The position numbers were made by a program, and so were the translations under genes. 46,207 nucleotides of DNA from Methylobacter sp. (lineage in GTDB: Bacteria > Pseudomonadota > Gammaproteobacteria > Methylococcales > Methylomonadaceae), in assembly GCA_041661895.1 (NCBI GenBank), contig JBAZTN010000001.1, forward strand, positions 1 to 46,207. Direction: 5' to 3'. The number at the start of each line of letters is the position of its first letter. Position 1 is the first letter of the stretch. The notes beneath the pieces were generated by a model. The model had not been told where the DNA came from. It was given only the letters and a program-made list of their open reading frames with translations, and searched no databases. Shown piece after piece: positions 11,012 to 22,024 of this stretch.

Positions 11012-11923
11012 ATGAAGATCAGAGTTCTCGGTTCAGGCGCAGGCGGCGGCTTCCCACAATGGAACTGCAACTGCCATAATTGTCATCGTTTGCGGCACAA
11101 TGAAATGACCGGTAAAGCCCGCACTCAGTCATCCATTGCCGTCAGCACCGATAACAAAAATTGGCTGTTGTTTAATACCTCACCGGATATTCGCGCGCAA
11201 CTGGAAGCCTTTCCCGCTATCCAGCCAAAAGAAGGCGTTCGCGACACTGGCATTAAAGCCATCATGCTGATCGACAGCCAAATTGACCATACCACAGGTT
11301 TGTTGATGCTACGGGAAGGTAAGCCGCTGGATATTTACTGCACAGAAATGGTCAAGCAGGATCTGACCACCGGCTTTCCTTTATTTAACATGCTAAAAGA
11401 CTACTGCACGGTTAATCATCACCCGATTCCCGTCGATGGCAGCAGCTTTACCATTCCCGGCATAGATGATTTACGCTTTTATACCCAAGCCTTAAAAAGC
11501 AAGGCACCACCTTATTCTCCGCATCGGCATGATCCGCATGAAGGCGATAATATTGGAGTAATCATCGAACAAATCTCTACCGGTAAAAAAGTATTTTATT
11601 CCCCCGGCTTGGGCGAAATAGAACCTCATGTTATGGCAGCCATGCAAGCCGTTGATTGCTTAATGGTAGACGGCACTTTCTGGACTGATGACGAAATGTG
11701 CACGCAGAACATCAGCCACAAGAAATCACGTGAAATCGGCCACTTGCCTCAATCCGGCGAAGGCGGCATGATAGAAATCTTGAACGGCGTTACAAAAGCC
11801 CGCAAAATATTGATCCATATCAACAATACCAACCCGATTTTAGACGACGATTCCGAACAACGTAAAATACTCGATGCCGCCGGCATTGAAGTCTCTTACG
11901 ATGGCCTTGAAATCGATTTATAA
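11012..11923 (+). CDS. pqqB: PQQ biosynthesis protein B
   Basis: [31 protein letters not shown]. Confidence 0.98.
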   Translation: MKIRVLGSGAGGGFPQWNCNCHNCHRLRHNEMTGKARTQSSIAVSTDNKNWLLFNTSPDIRAQLEAFPAIQPKEGVRDTGIKAIMLIDSQIDHTTGLLMLREGKPLDIYCTEMVKQDLTTGFPLFNMLKDYCTVNHHPIPVDGSSFTIPGIDDLRFYTQALKSKAPPYSPHRHDPHEGDNIGVIIEQISTGKKVFYSPGLGEIEPHVMAAMQAVDCLMVDGTFWTDDEMCTQNISHKKSREIGHLPQSGEGGMIEILNGVTKARKILIHINNTNPILDDDSEQRKILDAAGIEVSYDGLEIDL

Positions 11924-11933
11924 AGGAGACACC

Positions 11934-12662
11934 ATGAGCTGCGACAATAAAGCCTGGACCAAAGAACAGTTTGAAGCCGAATTGCGCGGCATGGAGAAGT
12001 ATTACCATATTCATCACCCTTACCATACGTTGATGAACGAAGGCAAACTCACCAAAGAACAGCTACAGGGCTGGGTTGCCAACCGCTTTTATTATCAGGT
12101 CTGCATTCCCATCAAGGACGCCAACATTCTGGCCAACTGCCCTGATCGTGAAACACGCGCAAAATGGATCCAACGGATTATGGACCATGACGGTCACCCT
12201 GGCGATCCGGGAGGCATTGAGGCATGGATACAACTCGGAATGGCAGTAGGCTTAACGCGGGAAGAAATAACCTCGCAAAAACATGTCCTGCCGGGTGTGC
12301 GTTTTGCTGTCGATGCCTACGTCAATTTTGCCCGTAGAGCAGAATGGCATGAAGCGGCAAGTTCGTCTTTGACTGAACTGTTTGCCCCTAAAATTCACCA
12401 GCAGCGCTTGGATAACTGGCCCGAACATTACCCTTGGGTTGACCAGGAAGGATATATCTATTTCCGCAAACGCCTGACCGAAGCACGGCGCGATGTCGAG
12501 CATGGCCTAGCCATCACGCTGGACTGGTATAAAACCCGCGAACAGCAGGATCGCATGATTCAAATCCTGAAGTTCAAGCTTGACGTACTGTGGACGATGG
12601 CGGATGCCATGTACCTAGCCTATATTAACCGTATGCCGCCTTATTTTAATATCGAGAAATGA
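11934..12662 (+). CDS. pqqC: PQQ synthase PqqC
   Basis: [33 protein letters not shown]; ATG 11934 with SD AAGGAG. Confidence 0.97.
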   Translation: MSCDNKAWTKEQFEAELRGMEKYYHIHHPYHTLMNEGKLTKEQLQGWVANRFYYQVCIPIKDANILANCPDRETRAKWIQRIMDHDGHPGDPGGIEAWIQLGMAVGLTREEITSQKHVLPGVRFAVDAYVNFARRAEWHEAASSSLTELFAPKIHQQRLDNWPEHYPWVDQEGYIYFRKRLTEARRDVEHGLAITLDWYKTREQQDRMIQILKFKLDVLWTMADAMYLAYINRMPPYFNIEK

Positions 12663-12931
12663 GTATTAACCCCGATCAAACCCTAAAATTTTCCCCTATG
12701 CATCGTTTGCAGTGGGAAGAAGCACAACAGAAAGATGTTATTCTTTATCCTGAAGGCATGGTAGAACTTAACCAAAGCTCTGCAGAAATCCTGAAGCTAT
12801 GCGACGGCACGCGTAAACCAGCCCAAATCGTCAACGATCTGGAACAGAAATTTGCAACTACCGGTCTCGTTAATGACATTACCGCTTTTTTAGAGGTCGC
12901 TTTAAAAAATGGCTGGATCCAACAAAACTAG
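12659..12931 (+). CDS. pqqD: PqqA-binding chaperone PqqD
   Basis: [28 protein letters not shown]. Confidence 0.96.
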   Translation: MSINPDQTLKFSPMHRLQWEEAQQKDVILYPEGMVELNQSSAEILKLCDGTRKPAQIVNDLEQKFATTGLVNDITAFLEVALKNGWIQQN

Positions 12932-14036
12932 CATAAGCCCTCCGCGCTGGTTACTGGCGGAACTCACCTATTCCTGTCCGTTACAGTGCCCTTATTGCGC
13001 CAACCCGGTTGATTATGCAAAATATCAATCCGAACTGGACACCGAGGACTGGAAGCGCGTACTCACGCAAGCCCGCAAAATGGGCGCAGTCCAGCTGGGC
13101 TTTTCCGGCGGCGAACCCTTAACCCGCAAAGACCTAACCGAACTGGTTAAATACGCCAGAGACCTAGGTTACTATTCCAACCTGATCACCTCAGGTTATG
13201 GACTGACTGAAGAAAAAATCATCCATCTCAAGGAAGCAGGACTTGATCATATTCAGGTCAGTATTCAAGCCAGCACGCAAGAACTGAACGACCATATCGC
13301 CGGCACTGCATCATTCCAGCACAAAAAAGAAGTCGCCCATCTGGTCAAAAAACACGGCTACCCGATGGTCTTGTGCGTAGTCATACACCGAGAAAATATC
13401 CACCAGATGCCGGAAATACTGGCAATGGCAGAAGAACTGGGCGCAGATTATCTGGAGCTGGCGAACACACAATATTACGGCTGGGCGCATGCCAACCGTG
13501 ATTTATTGCTGCCGACCAAAGAACAGTTTGAACAGGCCGAACAAATTGCACAGGCTTTTAAAGAAAAAGTCGCCGGTAAAATGAAAATTTATTATGTAGT
13601 GCCGGATTTTTATGAAGACCGACCCAAAGCCTGCATGAATGGCTGGGGAACAACATTCTTAACCATCGCACCGGACGGCGTGGCCCTGCCATGCCATTCG
13701 GCTCGTGAACTGCCGGGGCTGGACTGCCCCAGTGTTAAAGACAACAGCATTGAACAAATCTGGAACGAATCCAAAGCCTTCAATTTTTTCCGTGGCTATG
13801 AATGGATGAAAGAGCCTTGCAGCAGCTGTGATGAAAAAGAAAAAGACTTCGGCGGCTGCCGTTGTCAGGCTTATTTATTAAGCGGCGACATGTACGCTGC
13901 CGACCCGGTATGCAGCAAATCGCCAAACCACTACGTAATTCAGGAAGCGATAGACTCAGCAAAAGCAAGTGCCTTAGCTGACAACGAAAAACCGCTGATT
14001 TTCCGTAACAGCAAAAACTCGCGGCTGTTGTCTTAA
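12909..14036 (+). CDS. pqqE: PqqA peptide cyclase PqqE (radical SAM/SPASM)
   Basis: LLAELTYSCPLQCPYC, PKACMNGWG, DFGGCRCQA. Confidence 0.98.
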   Translation: MAGSNKTSISPPRWLLAELTYSCPLQCPYCANPVDYAKYQSELDTEDWKRVLTQARKMGAVQLGFSGGEPLTRKDLTELVKYARDLGYYSNLITSGYGLTEEKIIHLKEAGLDHIQVSIQASTQELNDHIAGTASFQHKKEVAHLVKKHGYPMVLCVVIHRENIHQMPEILAMAEELGADYLELANTQYYGWAHANRDLLLPTKEQFEQAEQIAQAFKEKVAGKMKIYYVVPDFYEDRPKACMNGWGTTFLTIAPDGVALPCHSARELPGLDCPSVKDNSIEQIWNESKAFNFFRGYEWMKEPCSSCDEKEKDFGGCRCQAYLLSGDMYAADPVCSKSPNHYVIQEAIDSAKASALADNEKPLIFRNSKNSRLLS

Positions 14037-14046
14037 GCAAACATTT

Positions 14047-14622
14047 CTACAGCCCTTCCCAAGGCTTATACAAACCCTCAACATTCACCCCGAACATATC
14101 CAAAACCCGGCCAACGGTTTCATCAACCATGGCCGCCATTGAATCAGACTTGCTATAAAAAGCGGGCATGGGCGGAAAAATAATTCCGCCCATTTCCGTC
14201 ACACTCGCCATGTTTCTGATGTGTGCCAGATTTAACGGCGTTTCACGTGGCATGACCACCAAGCGTCGACGCTCTTTCAATACCACATCGGCCGACCGTG
14301 AAATCAGATTATCGCCAAAGCCATGAGCAACCGCCGACAGGGTTTTCATGGAACACGGTGCAATAATCATCCCTTCTGTTTTAAAGCCGCCACTAGAAAT
14401 ACTGGCGGCAATGTCATCAATACCGTGCGTTACATCAGCCAGCGCGACTAGTTCTGCTCGCTTCATATCCATTTCGTGCTTTAAATTCACCACACCAGCA
14501 GAAGAAATAACAAGATGCGTTTCCCATTGTTCCTGGGCCTGTAAAACCTGCAACATTCTTACACCGTAGACCGCTCCGGTTGCGCCGGTCATCGCTATGA
14601 TCAATCGTTTTTTTTGGTTCAT
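14047..14622 (-). CDS. ubiX: Flavin prenyltransferase UbiX
   Basis: TGATG, ISSG, PCSMKTL, RETPL, PPMPAFY; likely ATG 14622. Confidence 0.95.
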   Translation of the reverse strand: MNQKKRLIIAMTGATGAVYGVRMLQVLQAQEQWETHLVISSAGVVNLKHEMDMKRAELVALADVTHGIDDIAASISSGGFKTEGMIIAPCSMKTLSAVAHGFGDNLISRSADVVLKERRRLVVMPRETPLNLAHIRNMASVTEMGGIIFPPMPAFYSKSDSMAAMVDETVGRVLDMFGVNVEGLYKPWEGL

Positions 14623-14676
14623 TTTTATATTTAGTGTCATCAGTGTATAGGAGACCAACCGGTTTCCCTTACGATG

Positions 14677-15630
14677 TTAAAGAGCCAATTTAGACGCAAA
14701 CTTGTCAGTTGCAGTCACCAGTGCATCGATCATTTCTTTGCCTTGAGCAATATGACCGGCATTGGGTAATACGATATATTCGGCATTTGGCAACGCCTTA
14801 TGCAGACTGTAACCTGCCTCTATCGGACAGAGAAAGTCATTACGCCCATGAATAATAATCGTTGGAATTTCAAGTAGCACATCACAATTGTCGAGAATCT
14901 GGTTTTCCTCGATAAAATAATGATTCCTGGCGTAATGCAGTTCCATGCACACCTGCTTAACCACTTTCTCCGTTGCATGCTCGCCTTTCTGGCTCGACTG
15001 GTAATCATTGCCTAATGCCACTTGATCACCCCAGGCCGTCCATTCCTTGGCAACCCGCCTTTTTGCCACCTCGTCTTCACCCCATAATGCATCATATACC
15101 GCCTGCACCAGATTTCCTCGACACTGTTCCGGGATGCTCCCCAGCAATTGCTGCCATTGCTCAGGAAAAATCTTACCCGCGCCATCTTTGACAAACCAGT
15201 CCAAGTCCTGCTGCCGTGCCAGAAACACCGCACGAACAATCAGGCCTGTTACCTTGTCCTTATGCTGCTGGGCATACAAAAAAGCCAGCGCTCCGCCCCA
15301 CGAACCGCCAAACACCAGCCATTGATCTATAGCCAGATGGTTACGAATACGCTCCATATCATCGATTAAATCCTGGGTGGTATTGTTTTCCAGTTCGCCA
15401 AAAGGCAGCGACAATCCACAGCCTCGCTGATCAAACAGGATGATGCGATAAAACTTGGGATTGAAAAAGCGCCGGTGATCCGGCCTAGTGCCTGAACATG
15501 GGCCGCCGTGCAGAAAAATAACCGGCATGCCAGCAGGATTACCGCTTTGCTCCACATAAACCGCATGCTCGCTGCCGGTTTCGAGGTAAAAGCTGTGGTA
15601 GGGCTTTATTTCGGGGTAAAGGATTTTCAT
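14677..15630 (-). CDS. pip: Proline iminopeptidase (S33)
   Basis: LYPEI, LHGGP, DQRGCG, FGGSWG, AGH; likely ATG 15630. Confidence 0.94.
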   Translation of the reverse strand: MKILYPEIKPYHSFYLETGSEHAVYVEQSGNPAGMPVIFLHGGPCSGTRPDHRRFFNPKFYRIILFDQRGCGLSLPFGELENNTTQDLIDDMERIRNHLAIDQWLVFGGSWGGALAFLYAQQHKDKVTGLIVRAVFLARQQDLDWFVKDGAGKIFPEQWQQLLGSIPEQCRGNLVQAVYDALWGEDEVAKRRVAKEWTAWGDQVALGNDYQSSQKGEHATEKVVKQVCMELHYARNHYFIEENQILDNCDVLLEIPTIIIHGRNDFLCPIEAGYSLHKALPNAEYIVLPNAGHIAQGKEMIDALVTATDKFASKLAL

Positions 15631-15732
15631 GGCTTGTAGCATTAATTTTGATTTGTTTCCCAGCAAGAACCAGAAAAAATACTATTTTACCTTGAGCCTT
15701 TGCCTTGCACCTCTTTTTAATTCTTCAAGCAT

Positions 15733-15764
15733 AAAAAAAGGGAGGGGTTTGAAGCCCTCCCTTT
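15733..15764 (-). terminator. Rho-independent terminator of the outer-membrane protein gene
   Basis: Minus strand AAAGGGAGGG-CTTCAAAC-CCCTCCCTTTTTTT. Confidence 0.88.
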
Positions 15765-15790
15765 ATTGGATTTATTTTTAAGCGCTTAAC

Positions 15791-16609
15791 TTAGAAACCG
15801 ATACCGACGTAACCACCGGCAGTAACGCCATCTGTGTTAACGCCGTCAGCTGCACCGCCTGTTAAATGATAACGTGCATCAACACCAACGAAGATGTCTT
15901 TCCATACCCTGTAATCAGCACCGGCACCGAACATCATACCTGGATTTAACACGGTAATTGACTCAGATGGAGGACTAACCACATGGATACCGAGACCTAT
16001 AGGAATAATCCAAGGTCTTAAAGCACTGTCTTTGAAGAATTTGATTTTAGGTGCTGCCGTTAAACTGAATTGATTGACCGTTACAGAGCGCGCAGTTCCT
16101 CCCGGAGCAGCCAATGGAGTAGGGTCAGTAGCAAGTGCATTTCCCTCAACATGACCACCGAATTCTTTATATTCAAACATCAATTCACCCAACACTTGGG
16201 TATTGTCCATTGCACCCCATACATCATCAGTCAAGCTGAAATCAAAACCAGCCCCTATATACCAAGCATCGGTATCGGCCTGATCCTGAGCGCCAACTGG
16301 AACCACATCACTTTGAATGGAAACGCCATTTCTAGCTTCATCCATATGTGCATAGCCACCGCGGAAGAAAAGAGTATTATCGTGGTGTTCTTTTTCCGCT
16401 GGCTTGCTCTGAACTGCTACAGGAGCAGGAGCCGCTTTCAATCTGTTTAGTTCAGCTTGCATCTCTTGCATTTGCGCTTCTAGTGCATCAATTTTACTGT
16501 TGTCCGCACCAGCCTTTGAACCAGCGGCAGCTTGTGGAGAAACCAAAGCACCAGCCAGTGTTAATGTCGCTGTAGCAATGCCCAGCGCCAGTTTAGTTTT
16601 GTTTATCAT
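15791..16609 (-). CDS. Outer-membrane beta-barrel protein (OmpW/Opa-like) with N-terminal coiled coil
   Basis: Signal peptide, short coiled coil KIDALEAQMQEMQAELNRLK, alternating beta strands, C-terminal YVGIGF. Confidence 0.8.
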   Translation of the reverse strand: MINKTKLALGIATATLTLAGALVSPQAAAGSKAGADNSKIDALEAQMQEMQAELNRLKAAPAPVAVQSKPAEKEHHDNTLFFRGGYAHMDEARNGVSIQSDVVPVGAQDQADTDAWYIGAGFDFSLTDDVWGAMDNTQVLGELMFEYKEFGGHVEGNALATDPTPLAAPGGTARSVTVNQFSLTAAPKIKFFKDSALRPWIIPIGLGIHVVSPPSESITVLNPGMMFGAGADYRVWKDIFVGVDARYHLTGGAADGVNTDGVTAGGYVGIGF

Positions 16610-16679
16610 TTATCCCCCTCATGAGGTTGTTATTTTTAAAAATTTGCTTTAATACAACAAAGCCGATCTTCCGTTTTGA

Positions 16680-16708
16680 ATGGTAGCAGCTAAACCCATT
16701 CCTTACAA
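16680..16708 (-). promoter_or_regulatory. Putative sigma70 promoter of the OMP gene
   Basis: Minus strand TTGTAA-17 nt-TACCAT with TG extended -10. Confidence 0.55.
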
Positions 16709-16781
16709 GCTTTGATGTTATTTTTTTAATATTAATTAATCCTTATTTATCAATAAGTAATAATGAAACGCTAATTATAAG

Positions 16782-16797
16782 TGTGAACTTGTGCACA
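16782..16797. promoter_or_regulatory. CRP-family-like site between divergent OMP and thiO
   Basis: TGTGA-N6-GCACA, one mismatch from TGTGA-N6-TCACA. Confidence 0.35.
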
Positions 16798-16923
16798 AAA
16801 AACAACACTCTTCTTGCCCTAAACTGCGACTAAATTCCTTCATACTCTTATCGCCCTTCGTATTCAGTTATAATTGTCATGCGATAATTAGCAAATTTTC
16901 ATTTTTCCTGGCCTTTTACATTC

Positions 16924-18030
16924 ATGACCACAACACCGGATATCACCATCATTGGCGGCGGCATTATCGGCTTGATGACTGCCCGAGAATTTTTTAAGGC
17001 AGGCGCTACAGTTACTGTTATCGAAAAAAACCTAGCTGGCCAGGAATCATCTTGGGCGGGAGGCGGTATTTTGCTGCCGCTCTATCCGTGGCGGCAAGCT
17101 GATGCGATTACTCGGCTGGCGCTACAAAGCCTGAAGCTATATCCCACTTTGGCCTCGCAACTAAGTACCGAGACCCATGTAGATCCCGAATGGAATCCCT
17201 GCGGCTTACTGATTACTAAAAATCCTGATATTGCTGCAGCGGTGGACTGGTGCACCGCCAACAATATTTCATTTGAACAGGCTGGCGCGGATTTTTATAA
17301 CGCTCTTGAAACAAAGCCTGATAACCCTCTCTGGCTGCCAGAGATTGCCCAGGCGCGCAATCCACGTCTGGTTAAATCATTAAAACAAGACCTGATTAAT
17401 AAAGGCGTTACTTTAATAGAGCACTGTGAATTAAAAGCCATTACCCTAGAAAACGACCGCATTACAGCGATCAATACCACCTCCGGCCGGTTCGCTGTCA
17501 ACCAGCTGATTATTTCTGCAGGCGCCTGGACCGGACAGTTATTTCAACAGCTTTTTCCTGCCATTGCCGATGATGTGCCAAAAATATTCCCGGTCAAAGG
17601 TCAAATGCTGTTATTTGATGCCCGACCGGATACGCTTAAGTTTATGGTATTGGATGGCGATCAATACCTGATTCCTCGACTTGACGGTAAAATACTGGCA
17701 GGCAGCACGGTGGAACAGGATAATTTCAATAAGACAACTACGTCAGAAGCCCGAAACCGGCTGAATACTTTTGCATTAAATTTGTTGCCGTCGCTTAAAA
17801 ACTTTCCTGTCGTTAAACACTGGGCGGGATTGAGGCCCGGCACTGAGCACGGCGTGCCTTATATCGACAAACACCCAAAAATCAGCAATTTATGTATTAA
17901 TGCCGGTCATTTTAGAAACGGTTTGGTGATGGGGCCTGCATCTGCGCAACTGATGGTCGATCTTGTTTTAAATCGCCCTACTACGGTAGCGCCGGAACCG
18001 TACAAGTTAACCAGACCAACAAACACTTAA
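16924..18030 (+). CDS. thiO: Glycine oxidase ThiO-like FAD oxidoreductase
   Basis: [34 protein letters not shown]. Confidence 0.88.
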   Translation: MTTTPDITIIGGGIIGLMTAREFFKAGATVTVIEKNLAGQESSWAGGGILLPLYPWRQADAITRLALQSLKLYPTLASQLSTETHVDPEWNPCGLLITKNPDIAAAVDWCTANNISFEQAGADFYNALETKPDNPLWLPEIAQARNPRLVKSLKQDLINKGVTLIEHCELKAITLENDRITAINTTSGRFAVNQLIISAGAWTGQLFQQLFPAIADDVPKIFPVKGQMLLFDARPDTLKFMVLDGDQYLIPRLDGKILAGSTVEQDNFNKTTTSEARNRLNTFALNLLPSLKNFPVVKHWAGLRPGTEHGVPYIDKHPKISNLCINAGHFRNGLVMGPASAQLMVDLVLNRPTTVAPEPYKLTRPTNT

Positions 18031-18044
18031 TCCAGATACTTATC

Positions 18045-19058
18045 ATGAATCTTTATCCATTACTGCGCCCACTGTTATTTTCCCTAGATCCGGAAACCGC
18101 TCATGAAGTGACGCTTAAACTGCTAAACGCGGCCCATGCTTCCGGCGCATCAAAACTCATCTATCCCACCATTCAAGACAAGCCTGTGAATGTCATGGGG
18201 TTAAGCTTTAAAAATCCGGTTGGCCTCGCTGCCGGTCTGGATAAAAACGGTGATTATATTAATGCGCTGGCCGCATTGGGTTTTGGCTTTGTGGAAATAG
18301 GCACGGTAACGCCACGCCCTCAACCGGGCAACCCGAAGCCGCGCTTGTTCAGACTGCCTGAGCATCAGGCTATTATTAATCGCATGGGTTTTAATAATCT
18401 GGGAATAGATCACTTGCTGGCTCAAGTAAAACAAAGCTGCTATTTTGGTATTCTGGGTATCAATATCGGCAAGAATTTCGATACACCGATTGAAAATGCG
18501 GCAGACGATTATTTGATCGGCTTGCGCAAGGCTTACACTTCTGCCAGCTACATTACGATCAACATTTCCTCCCCGAACACCAAAAATCTGCGCCAGTTAC
18601 AGCAGGGAGATGAAATCAGAGGCCTTATTTCCGCCTTAAAAGAAGAGCAACTTAAGCTGCAACAGGAACACGGAAAATACGTGCCTTTAGTCCTGAAAAT
18701 AGCGCCCGATCTGACTGTCGAAGAAATAACCCACATTGCCCAACTGTTGTTGGAATTTGAAATCGATGGTGTGATTGCCACCAACACCACCATTGCCCGC
18801 GACATGATTGCAGGCCATCCGCTTGCCCATGAAGCCGGCGGTTTAAGTGGCGCACCGGTTAAAGAAAAGTCCACTTTTGTCGTGCAGAAATTGGCGGCTG
18901 AATTGAATGGCAAGATTCCGATTATCGCGGCAGGCGGGATTTTAAACGGCGCGGACGCGCAGGAAAAATTAGAAGCTGGGGCGAGTCTGGTACAGATATA
19001 CAGCGGCCTTATTTATCGCGGGCCGCAGTTGATAGAAGATATTGTTAAAAGCTTATGA
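18045..19058 (+). CDS. pyrD: Dihydroorotate dehydrogenase (quinone)
   Basis: [34 protein letters not shown]. Confidence 0.98.
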   Translation: MNLYPLLRPLLFSLDPETAHEVTLKLLNAAHASGASKLIYPTIQDKPVNVMGLSFKNPVGLAAGLDKNGDYINALAALGFGFVEIGTVTPRPQPGNPKPRLFRLPEHQAIINRMGFNNLGIDHLLAQVKQSCYFGILGINIGKNFDTPIENAADDYLIGLRKAYTSASYITINISSPNTKNLRQLQQGDEIRGLISALKEEQLKLQQEHGKYVPLVLKIAPDLTVEEITHIAQLLLEFEIDGVIATNTTIARDMIAGHPLAHEAGGLSGAPVKEKSTFVVQKLAAELNGKIPIIAAGGILNGADAQEKLEAGASLVQIYSGLIYRGPQLIEDIVKSL

Positions 19059-19063
19059 TCTGA

Positions 19064-19089
19064 AAAGGGCGATTAACCAATCGCCCTTT
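19064..19089. terminator. Hairpin/terminator between convergent pyrD and pmbA
   Basis: AAAGGGCGATT-AACC-AATCGCCCTTT. Confidence 0.75.
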
Positions 19090-19101
19090 CAATACAATGA
19101 C

Positions 19102-20433
19102 TTATTCTCCGGCAATCGACATCCGCTCAACCAGTATAGAGCCGGTACGGATATTGCCACGATAATCGACGTCATTGCCCACGGCAACGATATTTTTAAG
19201 CATGTCTTTCAGATTACCGGCAATGGTGATTTCTTCAACCGGATATTGGATTTCGCCATTTTCCACCCAGAATCCTGAGGCTCCGCGCGAATAATCTCCA
19301 GTCACCATATTGACCCCTTGCCCCATCAACTCGGTGACCAGTAAACCGGTATTCAGTTCCTTTAACATCCCTTGATAATCAAGCATACCGGCATCTATCG
19401 TCAAATTATGCACGCCACCGGCATTACCCGTGCTTTGCAGTCCCAGTTTGCGAGCGGAATAAGTGCTCAACACATAACCGCGCAAAATTCCGTCGCTGAC
19501 GATATCGCGCGTTTGAGTAGCAACGCCTTCACCGTCATACGCGCTACTGCCCAAAGCTCCTTTCAAGTAGGGTTGCTCGTGGATGCGGACAAATTCAGGG
19601 AAGACTTGAGTATCCAATGCATCCAGCAGGAATGTTGATTTACGATATAAGTTGCCACCACTGATTGCGCCGATAAACGAACTGAGCAAACCAGAAGCAG
19701 CTTCCGCGCAATACAGCACCGGACACTGCCGCGTGCTTAAGCTGCGAGCCTGTAAACGGCGGAGCGTTCGCTCGGCCGCTTTTTTGCCCACTTCGACAGC
19801 TGATTCCAGATTGACTGCATTTCTTGCCACGGTGTACCAGTAATCGCGCTGCATACTATCGCCACGCTGCGCCAATACAGAGCAACTCAAGGAATGACGG
19901 GTAGCGGCATAGCCCTGCAGAAAACCCAGGGTATTGCCCATGACACGAATACCCTGATGAGTATTGATTGAAGCGCCTTCGGAATTACTAATTTCCGCAT
20001 GATAAGAACGCGCTGCATCTTCGCATTCAATGGCAAGAGCAATCGCCTCATCAACACCAACATCCCACGGGTGATTGAGATCAAGATCAGGAAATTCGGT
20101 GGCCAGCAGCTCTTGTTCCGGCAGACCTGAATACTCATCTTCACCGGTGTAGCGAGCAATACTGCATGCCGCACTGACCGTTTCCTTGATTGAAGCTAGC
20201 GACAAATCCGTGGTGCTGGCAGATCCCTTGCGCTGGCCAAAATACACTGTTACTCCCAGCCCCTGACCGCAATGATGCTCTATGGTTTCGACATCGCCTA
20301 GGCGAACCGATACGGATAAGCCATTTTCCTGGCTCAAGCCCGCTTCTGCAGCACTAGCGCCCTGCTTAGTTGCCTCGTCCAATATGTCCTGAACGGTATT
20401 TTTTAACTGGCTGATTTGTTCCTGATTTTGCAC
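19102..20433 (-). CDS. pmbA: Metalloprotease subunit PmbA (TldE)
   Basis: MQRDYWY, DGEGVAT, TGNAGGVHN, GDYSRGASGFW. Confidence 0.96.
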   Translation of the reverse strand: MQNQEQISQLKNTVQDILDEATKQGASAAEAGLSQENGLSVSVRLGDVETIEHHCGQGLGVTVYFGQRKGSASTTDLSLASIKETVSAACSIARYTGEDEYSGLPEQELLATEFPDLDLNHPWDVGVDEAIALAIECEDAARSYHAEISNSEGASINTHQGIRVMGNTLGFLQGYAATRHSLSCSVLAQRGDSMQRDYWYTVARNAVNLESAVEVGKKAAERTLRRLQARSLSTRQCPVLYCAEAASGLLSSFIGAISGGNLYRKSTFLLDALDTQVFPEFVRIHEQPYLKGALGSSAYDGEGVATQTRDIVSDGILRGYVLSTYSARKLGLQSTGNAGGVHNLTIDAGMLDYQGMLKELNTGLLVTELMGQGVNMVTGDYSRGASGFWVENGEIQYPVEEITIAGNLKDMLKNIVAVGNDVDYRGNIRTGSILVERMSIAGE

Positions 20434-20461
20434 TGTGTTCTCTAATCCTGTGTAGAAAAAT

Positions 20462-20482
20462 GGTACGCGATGCGCACCCTAC
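20462..20482 (-). repeat. GTAG-type REP
   Basis: Minus strand GTAGGGTGCGCATCGCGTACC; same family as 40584-40604 and 40636-40656. Confidence 0.85.
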
Positions 20483-20486
20483 ATGG

Positions 20487-21929
20487 CTAAACGCTGGTTC
20501 CGCCAACCGTCAACCCGTCAATCTTCAAGGTAGGCTGCCCTACCCCGACCGGCACACTCTGCCCGTCCTTACCGCAAGTTCCGACACCACTATCTAGTTC
20601 AAGATCGCTGCCGACCATGGAAACCCGGGTTAATACATCGGGACCGTTGCCAATTAATGTTGCGCCTTTAACCGCACGGGTTATTTTGCCATTTTCGATC
20701 AGATAGGCTTCGCTGGCGGAAAATACAAACTTCCCGGAGGTAATATCAACCTGTCCACCGCCAAAGTTTTTGGCATACAGGCCTTTTTTTACCGACTTTA
20801 TAATTTCTTCTGGATTATGCTGTCCGGGTAGCATATAGGTGTTAGTCATGCGCGGCATTGGTAAATGCGCGTAGGATTCCCGGCGGCCATTGCCGGTGGG
20901 TTTAACGCCCATTAACCGGGCATTGAGCTTATCCTGCATATAGCCTTTCAGGATGCCGTTTTCGATCAATACGGTTTTTTCTGTGGGTGTGCCTTCATCA
21001 TCAATACTCAATGAGCCGCGCCGCGCCGGCAAGGTGCCATCATCGACTACCGTACATAAATCGGATGCCACCCGCTCACCGACGCGACCGCTGAATGCCG
21101 ATGTGCCTTTGCGATTAAAATCGCCTTCCAAACCGTGGCCTATGGCCTCATGCAGAAGAATACCCGGCCAGCCCGGCCCCAGCACTACCGTCATATTGCC
21201 GGCTGGCGCTTCCACGGCTTCCAGATTAACCAATGCCTGCCTGACGGCTTCGCGGCCATATTCCAGTGCTATATCCTGGTTGATAAAACAACTGTAATCA
21301 CTACGCCCGCCACCGCCCATGCTACCCTGTTCGCGCTGTCCGTTTTGTTCTACGATAACCGTTACATTCATCCGCACCAACGGCCGCACATCGGCAACCA
21401 GAGAGCCGTCCTGGCTTGCCACCAGAATACTGTCATGCACGCCGACCAGGCTGACAATAACTTCTTCAATCCGGCTATCCAGTTTACGGGTTTCGCTGTC
21501 AACCCTGCGCAATAAATCAATTTTCTGTTGGTCCGCCAAGGATTTTAATGGGTTAAGCGGGGCATAATACTGAGGCCAGTTTGCCGCTTTGGTCAGTCCG
21601 ACTTGAGCCTCCTGTCCCTGCCTAACAATGGCTTTAACATTATTCGCCGCCTCCAGCAGCACCGGCAGCTCAATCCTGTCACTGTAGGCAAAGCCGGTTT
21701 TCTCGCCGGATACCGCACGTACTCCGGCACCCTGCTCGATATTATGACTGCCTTCTTTAATGATGCCGCCTTCCATTACCCAAGACTCAAAATGGCTGGA
21801 CTGAAAATAGATGTCCGCCGCATCAACCGGCGAACTGAGCAATCGGCTCATAATCTTTTCAATGTCGCTATCCTGTATTCCGGCAGGCATCAGGATAAAT
21901 TGTCTTGCAAGGTTTAATATTTCCATCAC
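20487..21929 (-). CDS. tldD: Metalloprotease TldD
   Basis: [27 protein letters not shown]. Confidence 0.98.
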   Translation of the reverse strand: MMEILNLARQFILMPAGIQDSDIEKIMSRLLSSPVDAADIYFQSSHFESWVMEGGIIKEGSHNIEQGAGVRAVSGEKTGFAYSDRIELPVLLEAANNVKAIVRQGQEAQVGLTKAANWPQYYAPLNPLKSLADQQKIDLLRRVDSETRKLDSRIEEVIVSLVGVHDSILVASQDGSLVADVRPLVRMNVTVIVEQNGQREQGSMGGGGRSDYSCFINQDIALEYGREAVRQALVNLEAVEAPAGNMTVVLGPGWPGILLHEAIGHGLEGDFNRKGTSAFSGRVGERVASDLCTVVDDGTLPARRGSLSIDDEGTPTEKTVLIENGILKGYMQDKLNARLMGVKPTGNGRRESYAHLPMPRMTNTYMLPGQHNPEEIIKSVKKGLYAKNFGGGQVDITSGKFVFSASEAYLIENGKITRAVKGATLIGNGPDVLTRVSMVGSDLELDSGVGTCGKDGQSVPVGVGQPTLKIDGLTVGGTSV

Positions 21930-21945
21930 AACTTTAAATTTAAGT

Positions 21946-21971
21946 GTAGGGGGTAGCCCTTGGGCCTCCTA
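21946..21971 (+). repeat. Degenerate GTAG-type REP-like hairpin
   Basis: GTAGGGGGTAGCCCTTGGGCCTCCTA. Confidence 0.4.
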
Positions 21972-22024
21972 AGATAAAAGATAAGAGATTCAAGGTAAAA
22001 TCCTCCTTGAATTTTTTACCTCTG

